The notes: generated by a model from the letters alone, not told the origin. DNA of 46,951 nt, filler included, from Narcine bancroftii (GCF_036971445.1; 2 parts of 2 records of this genome joined end to end with filler, not necessarily neighbours in it), one strand, 5' to 3'. Numbered from the whole stretch's first letter, positions 1 to 13,600 are shown. Made by a program: numbers and translations.

Positions 1-26
1 CACACTTCGCGTAGCCACACACTACA
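1..26 (+). mobile_element. 3' end of a Gypsy LTR truncated by the window edge
   Basis: 'tcgcgtagccacacactaca' resembles the LTR end at 10905-10924 ('tcgcgtagcacaaacattaca') and ends in CA. Confidence 0.5.
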
Positions 27-417
27 GCACCATCAATGATCACAAAAGAGTGAGGTTGTGAAATTGATAGGCTTTTATTAAATATAGACTGGAACAGCTG
101 TCAACCTCAATGATTGATCAAAGCAGAGTGGAATGGAGAGCATCCAAAGGGTTATGGGTAGGATCAGTATCAGGAGGTTTGTCCAGCTGGAGCAGCCAAT
201 TAGAGAATATCAGTGGTTTACCATAGTGCCCAAAGAGCCAACAAAGTTATGATGGGTCAAAAGCCTCCCCTGTTGCTGGATCATTCTCTGAAGCCATAAT
301 GGTTACATGCATGTACGTCGAACATGCAAGTGCGCCCAGTTGCATCAGCTGATAAGGATTCACCTTCAATTATTATCAACAATTAGCTTCTTAAAATCAA
401 TGACTTTCTACTAATCA

Positions 418-540
418 CCTTGATGAAGAGCTCAAGCCCTTCTTTGCTACATTAAGGCACTGTTTGACCTGCTGAGTTTCTCCAGCATTTGTGTTTTTTT
501 ACACTCAACCACAGTGTCGACAGAATCCTGTGTTTTACCC
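418..540 (+). mobile_element. Degenerate short repeat resembling the chondrichthyan Penelope-like/SINE 3' module
   Basis: 'tgatgaagagctcaagccc...tgacctgctgagtttctccagcatttgtgttt' matches, from memory, an abundant shark/ray repeat; family not verified. Confidence 0.45.
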
Positions 541-1211
541 ATTCTACTAATCACAGGTGGTCTCACAGAAAGTTCTGCAACTTCTGAGTGAAAATTGAAC
601 CCAGGCAGATAAAAGTGCCCTAACTTCTGAAAGTGGCCAAGCACTTTCACCATCAATGCGAAGAGGATTGGTATAGAAAGACTCGTCAATGGAACTAGAA
701 ATGACATCAACATCTTTTTCAACATAAAGGCAATCAATATATTAAATGTATAAAAGGGATTCATTAGTGGAAGCTTAGAACAGCAAAGTGAAAAAAATAA
801 AGTTATCCCACGGCTTCCTTGCATATTACACAGTTAACATTTTAGTACAAGAGACATCATCTGAAAAATACAAAGTGAAGGAATGTCAGTGACAATATTC
901 TTGGAGCTCTGGAAAGGCAGAAATATTGGGTTCACAAACTAAGTTCAGATGCTGCTCCAGAAAGCAACCAAAGAGAGTAACAGAGAGCCTCGCTTCTACT
1001 GCAATGGGCTAGTCTAATGCTTCCACTTTTAGATCAAATCTGGAATAAATAACATCAGTCTGCTGTTGGGTTCACTCAAGTCAGACACCTGAATGACTAT
1101 AGAAAGTTGAGGAACAATGTTTCACAATTAATATTTAATTGTTTTTAATGGATATTGATAATAATGATCTTTTGTGACAAAATTCAAAACATTTTACATG
1201 TTTCAACTTAC

Positions 1212-1393
1212 TTAGCTTGTCTGTCCATGCTGTCAACTCTCAGTGCTTCCCACCTAGAATTAAGCAAAGTCATTTGCTCTCTGATCTCATCCTCCTCCTC
1301 TTCTGTTAGATTGGCCTGTGCAATGAGTTGATTTCCAGCCTGAAGTACATTACCCACACTACTCTGGTGAGCAGTCAACTCCATCATAAATGT
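1212..1393 (-). CDS. UTRN: Utrophin coding exon (spectrin repeat 1, second half; dystrophin exon 11 equivalent)
   Basis: 182 bp, ag/gt flanks (ccag|ACA...GCTAA|gtaagt); [60 protein letters not shown]. Confidence 0.95.
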
Positions 1394-1741
1394 CTGGTTC
1401 AAAAAGGAAAAAATTCAGTTTAAATGGAATCTGCAAGATCAATAAACACCTACCCATTTCTGAGCAAATTAATCTTATTCACCAGTTACTCTAAATTCAA
1501 TGACAATTATTTCATGCCTATGATTTACTTCAGCAAACCTTTCATGGTCTTAATTTCATTAATTGTCTTAATTTCATATATTTTGGGCTTTGCAAAACTT
1601 TCTTTCAATAGTTTTCACACTAAATAAGAACTTTTATACAATTAACAACTACTGAGAAGAGCACTTCAGGCAAATACCTATTTTTCCATCTGAATCAACA
1701 GCAACTTAAGTTGGCATTAATCACTAAATAAACCTCAGTAT

Positions 1742-2137
1742 GTCCTTTCAAACTGCCTGTAATTTGCCCGGTTAGCGCCCCAGTCACATGGCAGTTAGAA
1801 AGGGTCTGATCCGGTCAACACCATCAGAATCTAACCGGGTCCCTGACCTACCTCAGAGGTAGTCAGGGAACCCAGTTAAACTTACCTAGGTCACGTCCAC
1901 AGGCAATTTGAAAATTGTGTGTGTGCGTCACCAGGCAGCCAGCATCCGAACATCCGGCAGTAATTCCAGTGAATACGTGACACATCATTGTGGGGGCAGA
2001 ATCCCCCTTAAATCGCTGGGATGGCAATTTAATGGGTTGATTCTCCTGCAATTTAAAAGGTGCTTCCAGCATCTTTACCTCTGTAATCGGACCTATATCC
2101 CAGGAGGGCTACCCAGGTGCTGCAGTTTAAAAGAGGC
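1742..2137. mobile_element. Non-autonomous DNA transposon (PIF/Harbinger-like MITE)
   Basis: Imperfect TIRs gtcctttcaaactgc / gcagtttaaaagaggc, right flank TAA, internal hairpin 1833-1877, GC-richer than flanks. Confidence 0.55.
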
Positions 2138-3611
2138 TAAAATTATTCTGTTTTCACTTGTACCTCCTCTGAACTAACATTTTCTTTCTGTAACTGAACC
2201 AATATGACACACATCACCCTTGTATCATCACCTCTGCCATTTCACCTCTTCTGATTTCTGTTCTACACCCTCCTCACCTTTTCCTGCACAATCCATTTGT
2301 TTCCAATTCTGAATTTTATTCACTTTTTTTTATTCCTACCTTGTAGGGGCAAATCAAAGAATTATAAATTTGCACTTATTATTGATCAGATTTAATTAAA
2401 TCCTAAGACATTTTCTCTGATTATATCAACCAATTTAATTGGGACCATTACAGAAGTTTATTGATGGAACTCCTTCGAGGTCCCTAGATCTCCATCACAA
2501 CTTTTATTATTTTGCTTTGGTCTTTAAGTGACTCCACCGGGATTCAAACCTTCAATATTTTCAATTCTACTTAACTACATCACTAGAGCAGACATATGTA
2601 CATCAACAACCACTGATATATTGGAATTTTTACACACAAATTCATTCATTATTCCAAAAATGACAAAATATTCCAGGAGTGTAGAATTTTCAACAAGTAT
2701 TTCAGAAAGATGGTCATTATGGGAAGAAAATGCACTACTATTGAGGTATTTCTCTTCAGCACGATTTCCTAAAGGTGGTAAATGTGATGGGATGAAAGCT
2801 GACTTAAACATTTAGTATTTTCAAATTCAATTCTAAATCTGTGCAACATAACACAGAAGGAAAAAAATATTTCCCTAGGATATTGGCATAATTTCCAAAA
2901 ACACAGAATCCCAACCCAAATAGCATCTCAGCAATCCATTAAGCATAATTACTTTGTCTGAAAATAATGAAGGGGGAGGGTTGGAGTGGGTGCCAGAGAA
3001 AATAACATCAACCTCATTGACAATGAACATATGGCACCATCACTACCATTTCTGTTTTTCTTTTCCTCTGTTAGGGAATAAGGAATGCTCTACATTAAAA
3101 GCTATTTGCCAATACCATCCCACAAAGAATTGCTGCTTAAACAAACCTCTTCGCTTTGTGCACTTTCCTCCACATAACTTTTAGCTTTTATTTGGGATGG
3201 TTATTTTGTGTAATATCTGAATTTTGAATGCAAAACTCATTAGCCTCATTCATAACTAATTTTGCCTCTCAGGCAGAACAAATTCAACAGAGGGCACTGG
3301 GAGCTTTTTCAACAAGTTCCATCCCCGAGATTCTGAATTAGACAAGTTGAGCAATAACAACAGCACTTGAAGATGTTCCAATGTTGTTAAAAGTAACTAA
3401 TTAAATCCATTACTTAGCATTTTCAGGTCATAAGGAAAAAAAATAGCAGGTCAATGAATCAAAAGTGTGATATTTAAAGTTATTTTGCTTATTCATCAAT
3501 AAATCTTTCCTGAAACTTATTTTATATATCGCTAAACACATTTAACTGAGTCTAACATGTAAAGAGCAAAAGCCCAACACCTCTCCATATACATGCAGAA
3601 TTTATATATAC

Positions 3612-3815
3612 CTCATGGACATGAAATTGCTCCTTCACCTCCTCAACATCAGAGGAAATGTCATCTTGCATTTGGAGCATATCTTCAGCAGACAATAACC
3701 ATGTCAAGACCTCCTCCAGAACTGCTTGGTAACTGTCCAAGTCCACTTCCATCTCAGTTACCGTCTCGGGAGTTTCAGCTCCAGTGTACAACATCTCCTT
3801 TTCTGCGGTCACATC
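3612..3815 (-). CDS. UTRN: Utrophin coding exon (hinge 1 / start of spectrin repeat 1)
   Basis: 204 bp, phase 0/0, ttag|GAT...GAG|gtatat; [68 protein letters not shown]. Confidence 0.95.
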
Positions 3816-4261
3816 CTAATCAAAACATTCAAAACATCTCCCCTTTATGATGCTGGTTGTTCATTTCTAAGTTATGAATTTTTGAACATGTGTATTTTCA
3901 ACTGGGTTGGAATCTCAGCTATAAAGTTGGGTCTCCAAGTGTTTCAACTCTGAGATGAGAATTTGTGTGTTATAATGCCTTACCACCCAAAAAAAATCCA
4001 CACACAGCTTAAGTCATAGATATGACTGCCTCTTGGGTTTTCAATTTCACAATTAACGGAACCAGTTCAATCTCAAAACATACATTTGGCCTTCGGGTGA
4101 CTTCGGGTGACTCTTATTTGCAACTTAACTTCAAAGGTTCACCAAAGCCCAACTTTATGACCGAATCCCATGTCAGCCAACCAGACATAATCCATCGTCC
4201 ATCTAGAATTTGCACATTTAATCATTCAGTGATTTAATTCATTCAAGCATGCTTCAGATTC

Positions 4262-5009
4262 TTTTTTTTTTAATTTTTATTTAATTGTTTGCATCATTAC
4301 AGGAAAAAAAATGAATAAATAATCAAATATCCATAGCCAATGAAAGAAAAAAAATACTTCTATATTTTTCTCTCCATCCCCCCCACCCAAAAATAAGGAA
4401 AGAAACACCTACCATTTAATATACAATAATATTAGAATATACAATCAATATTATTAAAAATTACTAATTAAGAGGAGTGGATAAGATAGAAAAGGTGGAC
4501 AAAAAATTATCCATAAAATCCATATATGGTTTCCAAATACTGTAAACATTTTAAACTCGATTCCTTAAACTGTACGTAATTTTTTCCAAAGGTATACAAT
4601 TTCACATCTTATTATACCATCTACTTAATAACACCTCTCTCATCTTTCCATGATATTGCTATACATTTCTTTGCAGTTGTTGCAATTCTTAAAAATTTTT
4701 CTTGGTATTTGTCCAATTTCAATTTTATATCCTTTTCATAAATATCTCCAAGTAAAAATATTCTTGGATCCTTTGGTATCTTTATCTTCATAATTTGCCC
4801 TAATAATAAATTCAGTTCATTCCAAAAACTTTCCACTTTTTCACAAGGCCACAATGAACGCAAAAGTCCCGATTTCTTTCACACATCGGTGACACTTATT
4901 TGAATAACTAGGATTAAGTCCTTTTAACTTCTGTGGAGTATAAGACGACTGATGAAGAAAATTATATTGAACCATTTGATATCGAACATTTATTCTATTC
5001 GTGACACTT
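4262..5009 (-). mobile_element. 5'-truncated L1-clade LINE with poly(A) tail and 17-bp TSD
   Basis: Poly-T at 4262; identical AAGCATGCTTCAGATTC at 4245-4261 and 5010-5026; ORF2 C-terminal-like peptide (WPCEKVESFW...IFLLG...KKCIAISWK). Confidence 0.9.
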
Positions 5010-5276
5010 AAGCATGCTTCAGATTCTTGATTCTCTCCACAAAGATCGCATGAATAGTTTGCTCTGGGTAAAATCTAAAATGCAGATGGGCTGATATTCT
5101 GCAGTATTCAAATCATGGCTCAACACCAATCTCATCAGCAACTTCCCAACTAAACAAGTTCAATCATGTTGAAGAACTAACTGGCTCCAATATTACAGCT
5201 GATTAATTCTCTAACTTCAGCTTCAACCTCTCACTAGTGTATTTTACAAGCTATGCAATAATATGCAAGCACTCAC

Positions 5277-5440
5277 CAGCTGATGGGATGGAAGACTCCC
5301 AGTACATTCAACCTTGTACTGTCTTGGCAGGGTCTCCACTTCACGGATGGCTTCCATGGTGACTTGTTGAGGGAGCACCTCAAATAAAGATGTTATGTAC
5401 ATAATGATGGATTTCTTGTCAGGCAGGGAAACAGCAACAT
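5277..5440 (-). CDS. UTRN: Utrophin coding exon (end of CH2 domain)
   Basis: 164 bp, ttcag|ATG...CTG|gtgagt; (D)[54 protein letters not shown]. Confidence 0.95.
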
Positions 5441-6553
5441 CTGAATTAAAGCACAGTTCAGCAATGAAATGCAAACAAAATTTCCAGAGGTACACAGATA
5501 CAAAAAAAAACAAAAATGTACAATTTATTCACCCTTGTACATTTATCAGAACAAACTAACTTGAAATAGTGTCAAATATTTTAACCAGACTCTCACTTCA
5601 GCCTTAAGAAACTATACAGAATGCACTAACAGTGTGTAATTGACACACCTTTTATTCTTTAACAGTGGATGGGGCAGGGGAAGAGGTCAGTTACTGTCAA
5701 GTGGTGTGCTGTGCCATTTCAAGGGAAGAGACAAGTTGCTACACTCCTGTTGATAAACCAATTGGAGCATTACAATAAATCCTCTTACCATCTTCACTAG
5801 TTTGTCCTTTCACCTCTACTGCCTGTTGTATTATTATTCACTCCTTTCTTTCCTCTTTAAGCTGCATCTTAAACATTTATCATTTACCTTAAGTGATTCC
5901 CAAAGTGGGCACTGGCACCCCCCCCCCACCCCTTGTGGGCAGTGGAAAGATCCAAGAGGTCAGGGGACAGTGAGGGAAAAGGGGGCATTCCAAACCTTCT
6001 GTCTTGTTAGGAAATTGTAGTAAGGTAAAGTTGCTGCAAAGTTTAATGAAGAAGCCAGAGCAGTAATATTCAGTCCAGACTCAGGCTGGCAGTAGTGAGC
6101 AAAATAATGGTGACAAGGCATTCTCAGTGGCTGTCATGTACTAGTGTCATTACCCCCATGCCCCCCCCCCACCCCCAACCACGCTCAGTGCAGCCACCAC
6201 CATCCTCCCTTCTCAGCGCTGACACAATCCTGCTCTCAGGGCTGCCACTAACCTCCCTCTCAACGCCGCCACTAACCCCCTCCCCCCCCCCAATGCCGTT
6301 GTATGGTGGGGGGGGGCGGGGGGCGCCAACTTGGGATGTGGCTCACAATTCTGATAAACAGTCATCAATTCAAATGTCGCCTGAACAAACAAATCATTTC
6401 CATCATTTTTTTTATATCACTTGTACCAGTTACTTATTCCAGTGAATCTGTGGAACTCTTGTCAGCTCAACAAACTGACTTTTATGCTAATATTTACCTT
6501 ACTACAATTTCCTAACAGACCACCAACATTAGCAATTTCAAAGCCTAATCAGT

Positions 6554-7563
6554 AGGCAAGTCCCCTGGTCCTGATGGAATGCATCCCAGGGTACTGAAAG
6601 AAATCTTAGTTATAGTGGAGGTATTTGTGATAATTTACCAAAACTCTGTGGACTCAGGACAAGTCCTGGCAGATTGGAAGTTAGCAAATATCACGCCACT
6701 GTTTAATAAAGGATGTAGGCAAAAGGCAGGTAACTATAGACCAGTTAATAACATCGGTAGTCGGAAAATGCTTGAAGCTATCATGAAGGACGAAACAGCA
6801 AGATATTTGGAAAGACATTTTTCCATCAGGAATAATGTGTGGAGGGATTTTGGAGTCCTTGTGCGTGAATAACAAAAGACTGATTTGCTGAGGCAACAGG
6901 TTATCAAGGAAAATGGCCTTCATTGCTACCAATGGTCAATCAAGTTGGCCTTCATTGCTAGAGGGACTGATCAGACAGTTTCTGCTGCAACTGAACATCG
7001 TACTGATGAGATGGAACCTGGAGTACTGAATGCACTTCTGGTTTCCTTACTTGAGGAGAGATCCACTGGCTTTGGGGACAATGCAGAGGAGGTTCACCAG
7101 GTTGATTCCAGATTGTGGGGTTAAGCCTATGAGGGATTGACTCACCTGGGACTATACTCACAGAATTTAGAAGAATGAGAGAGCATCTTATAGAAACATA
7201 AAATTATGAAAGGGACAGGGAAAACAGAGACTGGAAGGTTGTTTCCACTGGTAAATGAAACTGAAACTAAGGGACCTAGCCTCAAGATTCAGGGGAGTAC
7301 ATTTAGGACAGACCAGAGGTTGAACTGCTTATCACAGAGTAGTGAATCTGTGGAACCCTCTGCTCAAGAATGTAGTCGTAGAGGCTATGAAATTTTATAT
7401 ATTAAAGACACAGATGGATTTTTGCATAGTAATGGAATTATATGTTACGGGTAAAAGACAGGTGGGTGGGGTTGAATCCACAACCAGATCTGCCATCACC
7501 TTACTCAATGGCAGAGCAGCTTCAAATGGTCAGACTGCCAACTTCTTTGTTCTTATATTCTTT
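6554..7563 (+). mobile_element. CR1-clade LINE fragment, internally deleted
   Basis: KSPGPDGMHPRVLKE...DWKLANITPLFNKG...GNYRPV (CR1 RT start), jumps near 6835 to the ORF2 3' end and a 'ttcttatattctt' tail. Confidence 0.85.
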
Positions 7564-8461
7564 TAATACATTCAACCGTAGATGATGATCGATGAATCAA
7601 TGCAAGTATAAAGCTGTATGCAAAATAAAAATGCCAACTGCAGAGCAAAGGCTACATTTTCATCTGTTTCCATTGACCCAAATCATTCTTGCAAAGTATA
7701 AGATGCAGTCACACGCATTGATTTTACATCTTTGGGTGAATATAGCTATGTTTAAACACTAGCATCTAGTTAATGCAAAGGAAGAACATACCATGGACAG
7801 ATTCCATGGACAGATTCCTTTCAGACAGCACTTTATGAGAAATAATTACAAGAACTCTCATCAACCAATCAGAGCTATTTGAACCACTCAAAACAATACT
7901 TGAATAATTATCCAAAACTGAAAGTTTATTTCAAAATTTTAAATAAGGAGCCAGAATTTTTTTTAGTAAGCTGCAATGTAATTCATTACATTCAGTATTC
8001 CAATATCCAATGGTGTTGGGAAAACTAGAGAAATCAGACTTTTACTGGCCCACTATTTCCTATGATGTAATATTATTTCCCTGTGTGGCTAATAAATCTG
8101 GCAGATCACTCCCCAATGCCTTTTACTTACTCTTCTACTCTGACTAAAAATATTATTTTTGCATTCAGTTCTGATTAGCAAACATTTGAAACACAAAACA
8201 TCTTGTTGCAACTTTTTCTGTTTTGACTACAAAATATCCTTGGATATTACATCATATCCTTGTCAAAATATGTAGTATGACGTGATACCTGCAAGAGGTT
8301 CAACAGCCATCTATAAATCTCCCATTCAATCTACCCATCAGTAACAAGGCCGGTTGGAAACCCAGCAGATTACAAACAGTCCCATTTCAAATAAATTAGA
8401 ATGAGTTATAGCACCTGTGCATTTCATCTGAACAACATACTCGTATCAAACAACAGCTTAC

Positions 8462-8577
8462 CTTCAGGATCCAGCAGCTTCTCTATGCCCAGATGTTTCT
8501 TTGCTATATTAAAAGCATGTTCAAGCCGTCCCACAACAGACATCTTAGTAACTTTATCCCAACTGAACAGACCTGGT
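8462..8577 (-). CDS. UTRN: Utrophin coding exon (CH2 domain)
   Basis: 116 bp, ttcag|ACC...GAAG|gtaagc; (K)[38 protein letters not shown]; too short for the ORF track. Confidence 0.95.
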
Positions 8578-9279
8578 CTGAAAGAGATAGTGTTTTAAAA
8601 TAATGTTTAACCAAAAGAAAATGAAACATGGGTGGATAATTCTAAGCTTCTTATTAAACCAAGCAATGCGTAACTGTCAGGGGATATTAAATGCATTCAC
8701 TAAGCTGCTTGCATTTAATTTTAACTTGTATGTTAAAATTGAAGATCACAGACAAGCAATGCCAATACCTCCACCCACTGAGCAAGCATATGAAAAGACA
8801 AAAGGACTGTATTGAACTGTAATAATCCTATTCAAATCTCCTGTAAGCACTCAGTTATGAAATTAATGGAAAAAAATACCAATTATACAGCAATTCAGAA
8901 CGCAAAGCTTCAGTGATTTACATTTAAATTGAGAGATGCAGGTCAGAGGCCAAAGGCAGAAACTGGAATCTACTCAATCGTTAATCATTAGCTTGTATTA
9001 GCTTCTCACATCCATGTGCAACAAATTCCACTGAAATTGGAACACTTATACATTAAGATCCAGAAAGATGGAAAAAAATAAATTACTTGCCAATTCAGTC
9101 TTTCTAGGCCATTCCTCCATTTAAAAAAAAGTTGTGCAGGGCTAACTATTTAGAACAATCTACTTTAAAATAATCCAATATATTGAAACTCACACGTGCA
9201 ACTTTACATGCGTACATTTTTTTTTGTAAAGAAGAGATTAGTCAAAGCTTGTGGGAAAGAGAATCTTTAACCCAAACGG

Positions 9280-9610
9280 AAATGTCTGAACTCAGCCAGT
9301 CAAGCAGCATCTGTGGAAAGATAAACTAGATTACGTTTTGGGTCAGCAACGCTTCTTCAGAACTCGAGAAGGGGGTTTATAGTTTGCAAAACAGAGCTTT
9401 GTGTTCAGACAAAACACAGTAAGAAGATGGCTGAAAACAGACGAGCTAAAAAGATGTATGAGGTATTTTTTTTTAAATGGAAATCTCCATGGAGTTTTAT
9501 TTTCAGAGAACTGTAAACACTTTCTTCAGAGAAAAGGCCACTGACATGAAACATTCAATGGTTTCTTTTGCACAGATGCTGCTTGATTGGCTACAGTCTT
9601 CCATCCTTTC
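9280..9610. repeat. Inverted pair of Penelope-like/SINE 3' modules with degenerate hammerhead-like cores
   Basis: 9294-9315 and 9571-9592 are reverse complements at 21/22 nt. Confidence 0.55.
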
Positions 9611-10624
9611 ATTGGAAATAAACAAGCTTTAAATGTTCCCTGAATTTTTACACACAAATGGAAAATTCCAAATGTAATATAAACATCTGGTCTATGAAAA
9701 CTATGAAATCAATGAAACTGACAAAACTCTTCCTAGATCCAAGCCGGTTGACATGGCAAACATTTAGACGGTGATCTGCGTTACAATGGATGATTACAGC
9801 CAGTTAACATTTGGGGCTTTTTGACTGCCAAGGAATTTGAGAGTGAAATGATTGGCAAGCATCTATTTCCTATCCAATCAGATGTGAAGTCCAGGAGACT
9901 CAATCAATCATTAAGTATGATGCCCCACAGTAACATCATCTGTTAAAATCCACCAATAATGACACTTTAGACACATTATTGCAAAAAAAAACAAGTAATT
10001 CTAAACGCCTGCATTCCAGATTTGGCTTTTGGAATTTCTCACACTAAATACCCAAAGACCTCACCAACAAATGGGCCATTCAGTAATGCTATTCTGTTAA
10101 CCTTGTCTGGGTTTGAATTGAAAACCTTCTCCCTGCATTTGCCTTCCAGGTACATCATATGGCTTTACACGACTTTTATGATTCTAGTCACTTTGGCTCT
10201 AATATATTCTGTAGGATTCCAAACAGATTTACTTAAAGTGAACAAGCAGATACACAAAAATTTGCAAATTCAGATCAACTTTTCTCAAATATAAAACAAA
10301 TAAAATTTCACATTGATCAGAATTTGACCAGAACCTATGAAAAATTGCCATCTTGCCAAAGGCTACAGATGAAAACTTTAATAGAATTCCAAACAAAAAA
10401 AAACTCCTTCTCTGGAAAACTAGTCTGCGCCTTCCAAAAACCACAGTAGCTTGAACAGAATGAACAAAAAATAGCTCTTTGCATTCAAATGAAAATGCTA
10501 ATAAAATATAGTGAAGCCACATAAAGAGGCTTGTGTTTCTGACAAATGCTATTTTAAAAAGTCTCGAAATAAATTAACCTGTTTGAAACTAAAACTTAAT
10601 ATAATCTGAAATTATTTTTCATCC

Positions 10625-13600
10625 TGCAGCAGAACGTGCACGGAGACATGGACCAGCCCGCAAAATGGCCGATGAATACAGTGACTGCATGGACCTGGGG
10701 GTGACACCAGCCATCGTCCCAGGTGACCTCCGCACGGTGGGAAGATGGGGCACTCTGGTGGGAATGCTAGCCAATCCCAGGCTGGTGCTCCAAAGTAGCA
10801 GAGTCCTGACTTCAGCGCCTGAGGCCCATATAAGTGCAACGGCCAACGCAATAAACCAGTCTCGTTTTCCACGGCTTTGGTGTGCATGTTTTCTTCTCCA
10901 CCCTCGCGTAGCACAAACATTACATTGGTGACCCCGACAGGTCCAACTGCCAGATCAAGCAGAGCCAGCGACCATCCACACGGTCTCTCTCAGGCTTCCA
11001 ATGATTTGGGTGTAGCAGCCACATGTGTGGTTCAAGGAGGCCGAGGCTCAGTTCCAGCTTTGGCACACTGCCGCCAACAACACCCTCTACTTCTACATTG
11101 TGAGCACCCTCAATCAAGATACAGCAGCAAGGGTCATAGATTTCCTAAAGCACATGCTCTGGAGAGCGAAAAAGGACACAGCGCCATCGTAGACCACATC
11201 AGCAAGCCCCACGAACAGCCACCTGCGAGGTCAAGACCAGCAGAGAGGTAAATTAATACCCCAGGACAACTATGCTACTATCATTAGTGATAGGGTACAG
11301 AGGCCCATCGATGCAACCCACCATGCGGGTTTCTGGGAAATGCCCTGGCCCACCTTCATTAATGGCTGTGGCAATTGATACATGATAGCCTCTTTTACAT
11401 CTGGGATTTTTTGTCGGGCAGGCATTTCCTGGGCAACACTGGCACCAAGATAAGCGTCCTAACCCTCCCCCCCCACCCCAGGCCTCAACATGCTCAACGG
11501 CAAGCAGCACCAAGCTCTGAGGACAGCTAATGGCTCCTCCATTCAGACTTTTGGGACCTGCATCATTCCCCTTCATTTCAGCAACACCTACTTTACACAG
11601 ACCTTCACCCTTGCAGCAGTGGTGCAACCACTCCTGGAGGCCAACTTCCTTAAGGCTCACTGCTTGCTTGTCAATCTCAAGAGACAGCACTTGGTGCACA
11701 CTAGAACTTTTTTACACTCTGCCTCTGGAGAACGCCAAGCTACCCGCCCCCCACCTGAACTCTATAATACTTTTGGACAATGAATTTGCCCGCATCCTGG
11801 CAGAGTTCCCCTCAATAGTGGTGCCACAGTTTTCCATGGCCAAGCCAAAGCACCATATTTTGACCAAGGGCCCCCTCCTCCACGCCAGGGTGTGCCAACT
11901 CCCTCCTGAAAACCTAAACTTCGCGAAGGGGGAGTTTGAAAACAAGGAGGAGCCGGGGAGATTGTGTGGTGCTCCGACAGTCCCTGGGCCTCCCCCCTCC
12001 ACATGGTCCCCAAATTAGCAAAAGGTTGGAGACCATGCAGTGAATACTGCCGCCTCAACGAAGCCACCACGCCCGACAGATATCCCATGCCCCACATCCA
12101 ACTTTTCCACAGGTGTTCTCCAAGGTAGACCTCCTCCCCAAGACTGCAATCATAACCCTCTTTGGCTTGTTTGAATTTCTCCACAAGTTCCTTCAGTCTT
12201 AAGAACATAGCACAAACTTTTCAGGAGCTCGTGCACACAATGGGCCGGGATCTCCCATTTTCATTCATCTATTTGTACGATATCCTCCTCACCATCCGTA
12301 GCAGCAAGGACCACGCTACCCATATGAGTCAACTTTGCATTCACTTGAGTGAGTTCAGGCTGATGATCAACCCTCTGAAGTGCACAGGATAAACAGACAC
12401 AGGGCTACGCTCCTTCCTGAGAAGGTCGAGACAGTCCGGAACTTCGCTAAGCCATGCACAGTAAAAGGGCTACAGGAATTCACCGGTACAATAAACTTTT
12501 ACCACAGGTTCCTTCTGGCAGTGCCACGCATTATGCTCCCCCTCTTCACACTGACGGCAAGCAAGTCAAAAGACATTACTTAGGACATAGGGTCTTCCAG
12601 GGCATTCCAGAATGCCAAAGATGCACTGGCCAATGCCACCCTCCTGGTCCGCCCCAGACCAGAGGCACCTACCATCCTGTCAGTTGACACCTCGGTAGGG
12701 GGTGCACTGGAACAGCTCATTGAGGGCCAGTGCCACCCCTGGCCTTTTTCAGCAGGCACCTCCACCCCCAGAGCTCAAATACAGCGCTTTCAAACGAGAG
12801 CTACTGGCGTTGAACCTGACAGTAAGACATTTCCGTTACTTTTTGGAAGGCCGGCAATTCAAGGTCTTCACCAATCACAAGCTGCTGACCTTTGCCTTTC
12901 ATAAAGTATCGGACCCGTGGCCAACCCAACAACAGAGAAACTTGTCCTATGTGTCTGAACTTATCACAATACAGCACACTGCTGTGTCACTCCCCGTGAT
13001 CGAGTCGGAACATGCCCTGTCCCAGCAGCAGCAGGACTGAGATCCCCGCATATAGGACAGCTGTCTCCAGCTTCAGGGTGGAGGACGTCCCCGATGGTCC
13101 AGGTAAGCTGACATGGCTGTGCAATGTCTCTATTCGCAATCCCCTACCTCATTGTTCCAGCTGCATGGGGAGCCAGGTTTTTGATGCCATCCACTACCTG
13201 GTGCACCACGCAATCCTTGCCATGGTCAAAAGGGTCACTAACAGGTTTGTTTGGCATGGCCTCCATAAACAGGTCAGCCAGTGGACCAAAACCTGCACAA
13301 ACTGTCAGTCCTCCAAAGTGCAGGTTCACACGGGAGCACCCACACAGACTTTTGAACCAGCGCAGCGCAGGTTCAGCCATGTAGGGCCGTTATCAGTTTC
13401 CCATGGGGAAAAATTCCCTTTGACCATGGATGGCTACTCCACGAGGTGGCCAAAGATAGTTCCACTGGCAGTAACCACCACATAAACCTGCACCAGCGCA
13501 TTCATCAACACATGGGCATCCAGATTCAGGGTCCTAAAGCACCTAACCTCGGACAGGGGGCACAATTCACTTTTGGGTAGCGCTAGCTAACTTTTAGGGG

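Noticed and set aside
27-224. Possible reverse-oriented solo LTR
   Set aside because: Minus-strand AATAAA and an LTR-like start only; ends and TSD could not be established
447-824. 125-aa minus-strand ORF
   Set aside because: Intronic, overlaps a repeat, no similarity to the expected next utrophin exon
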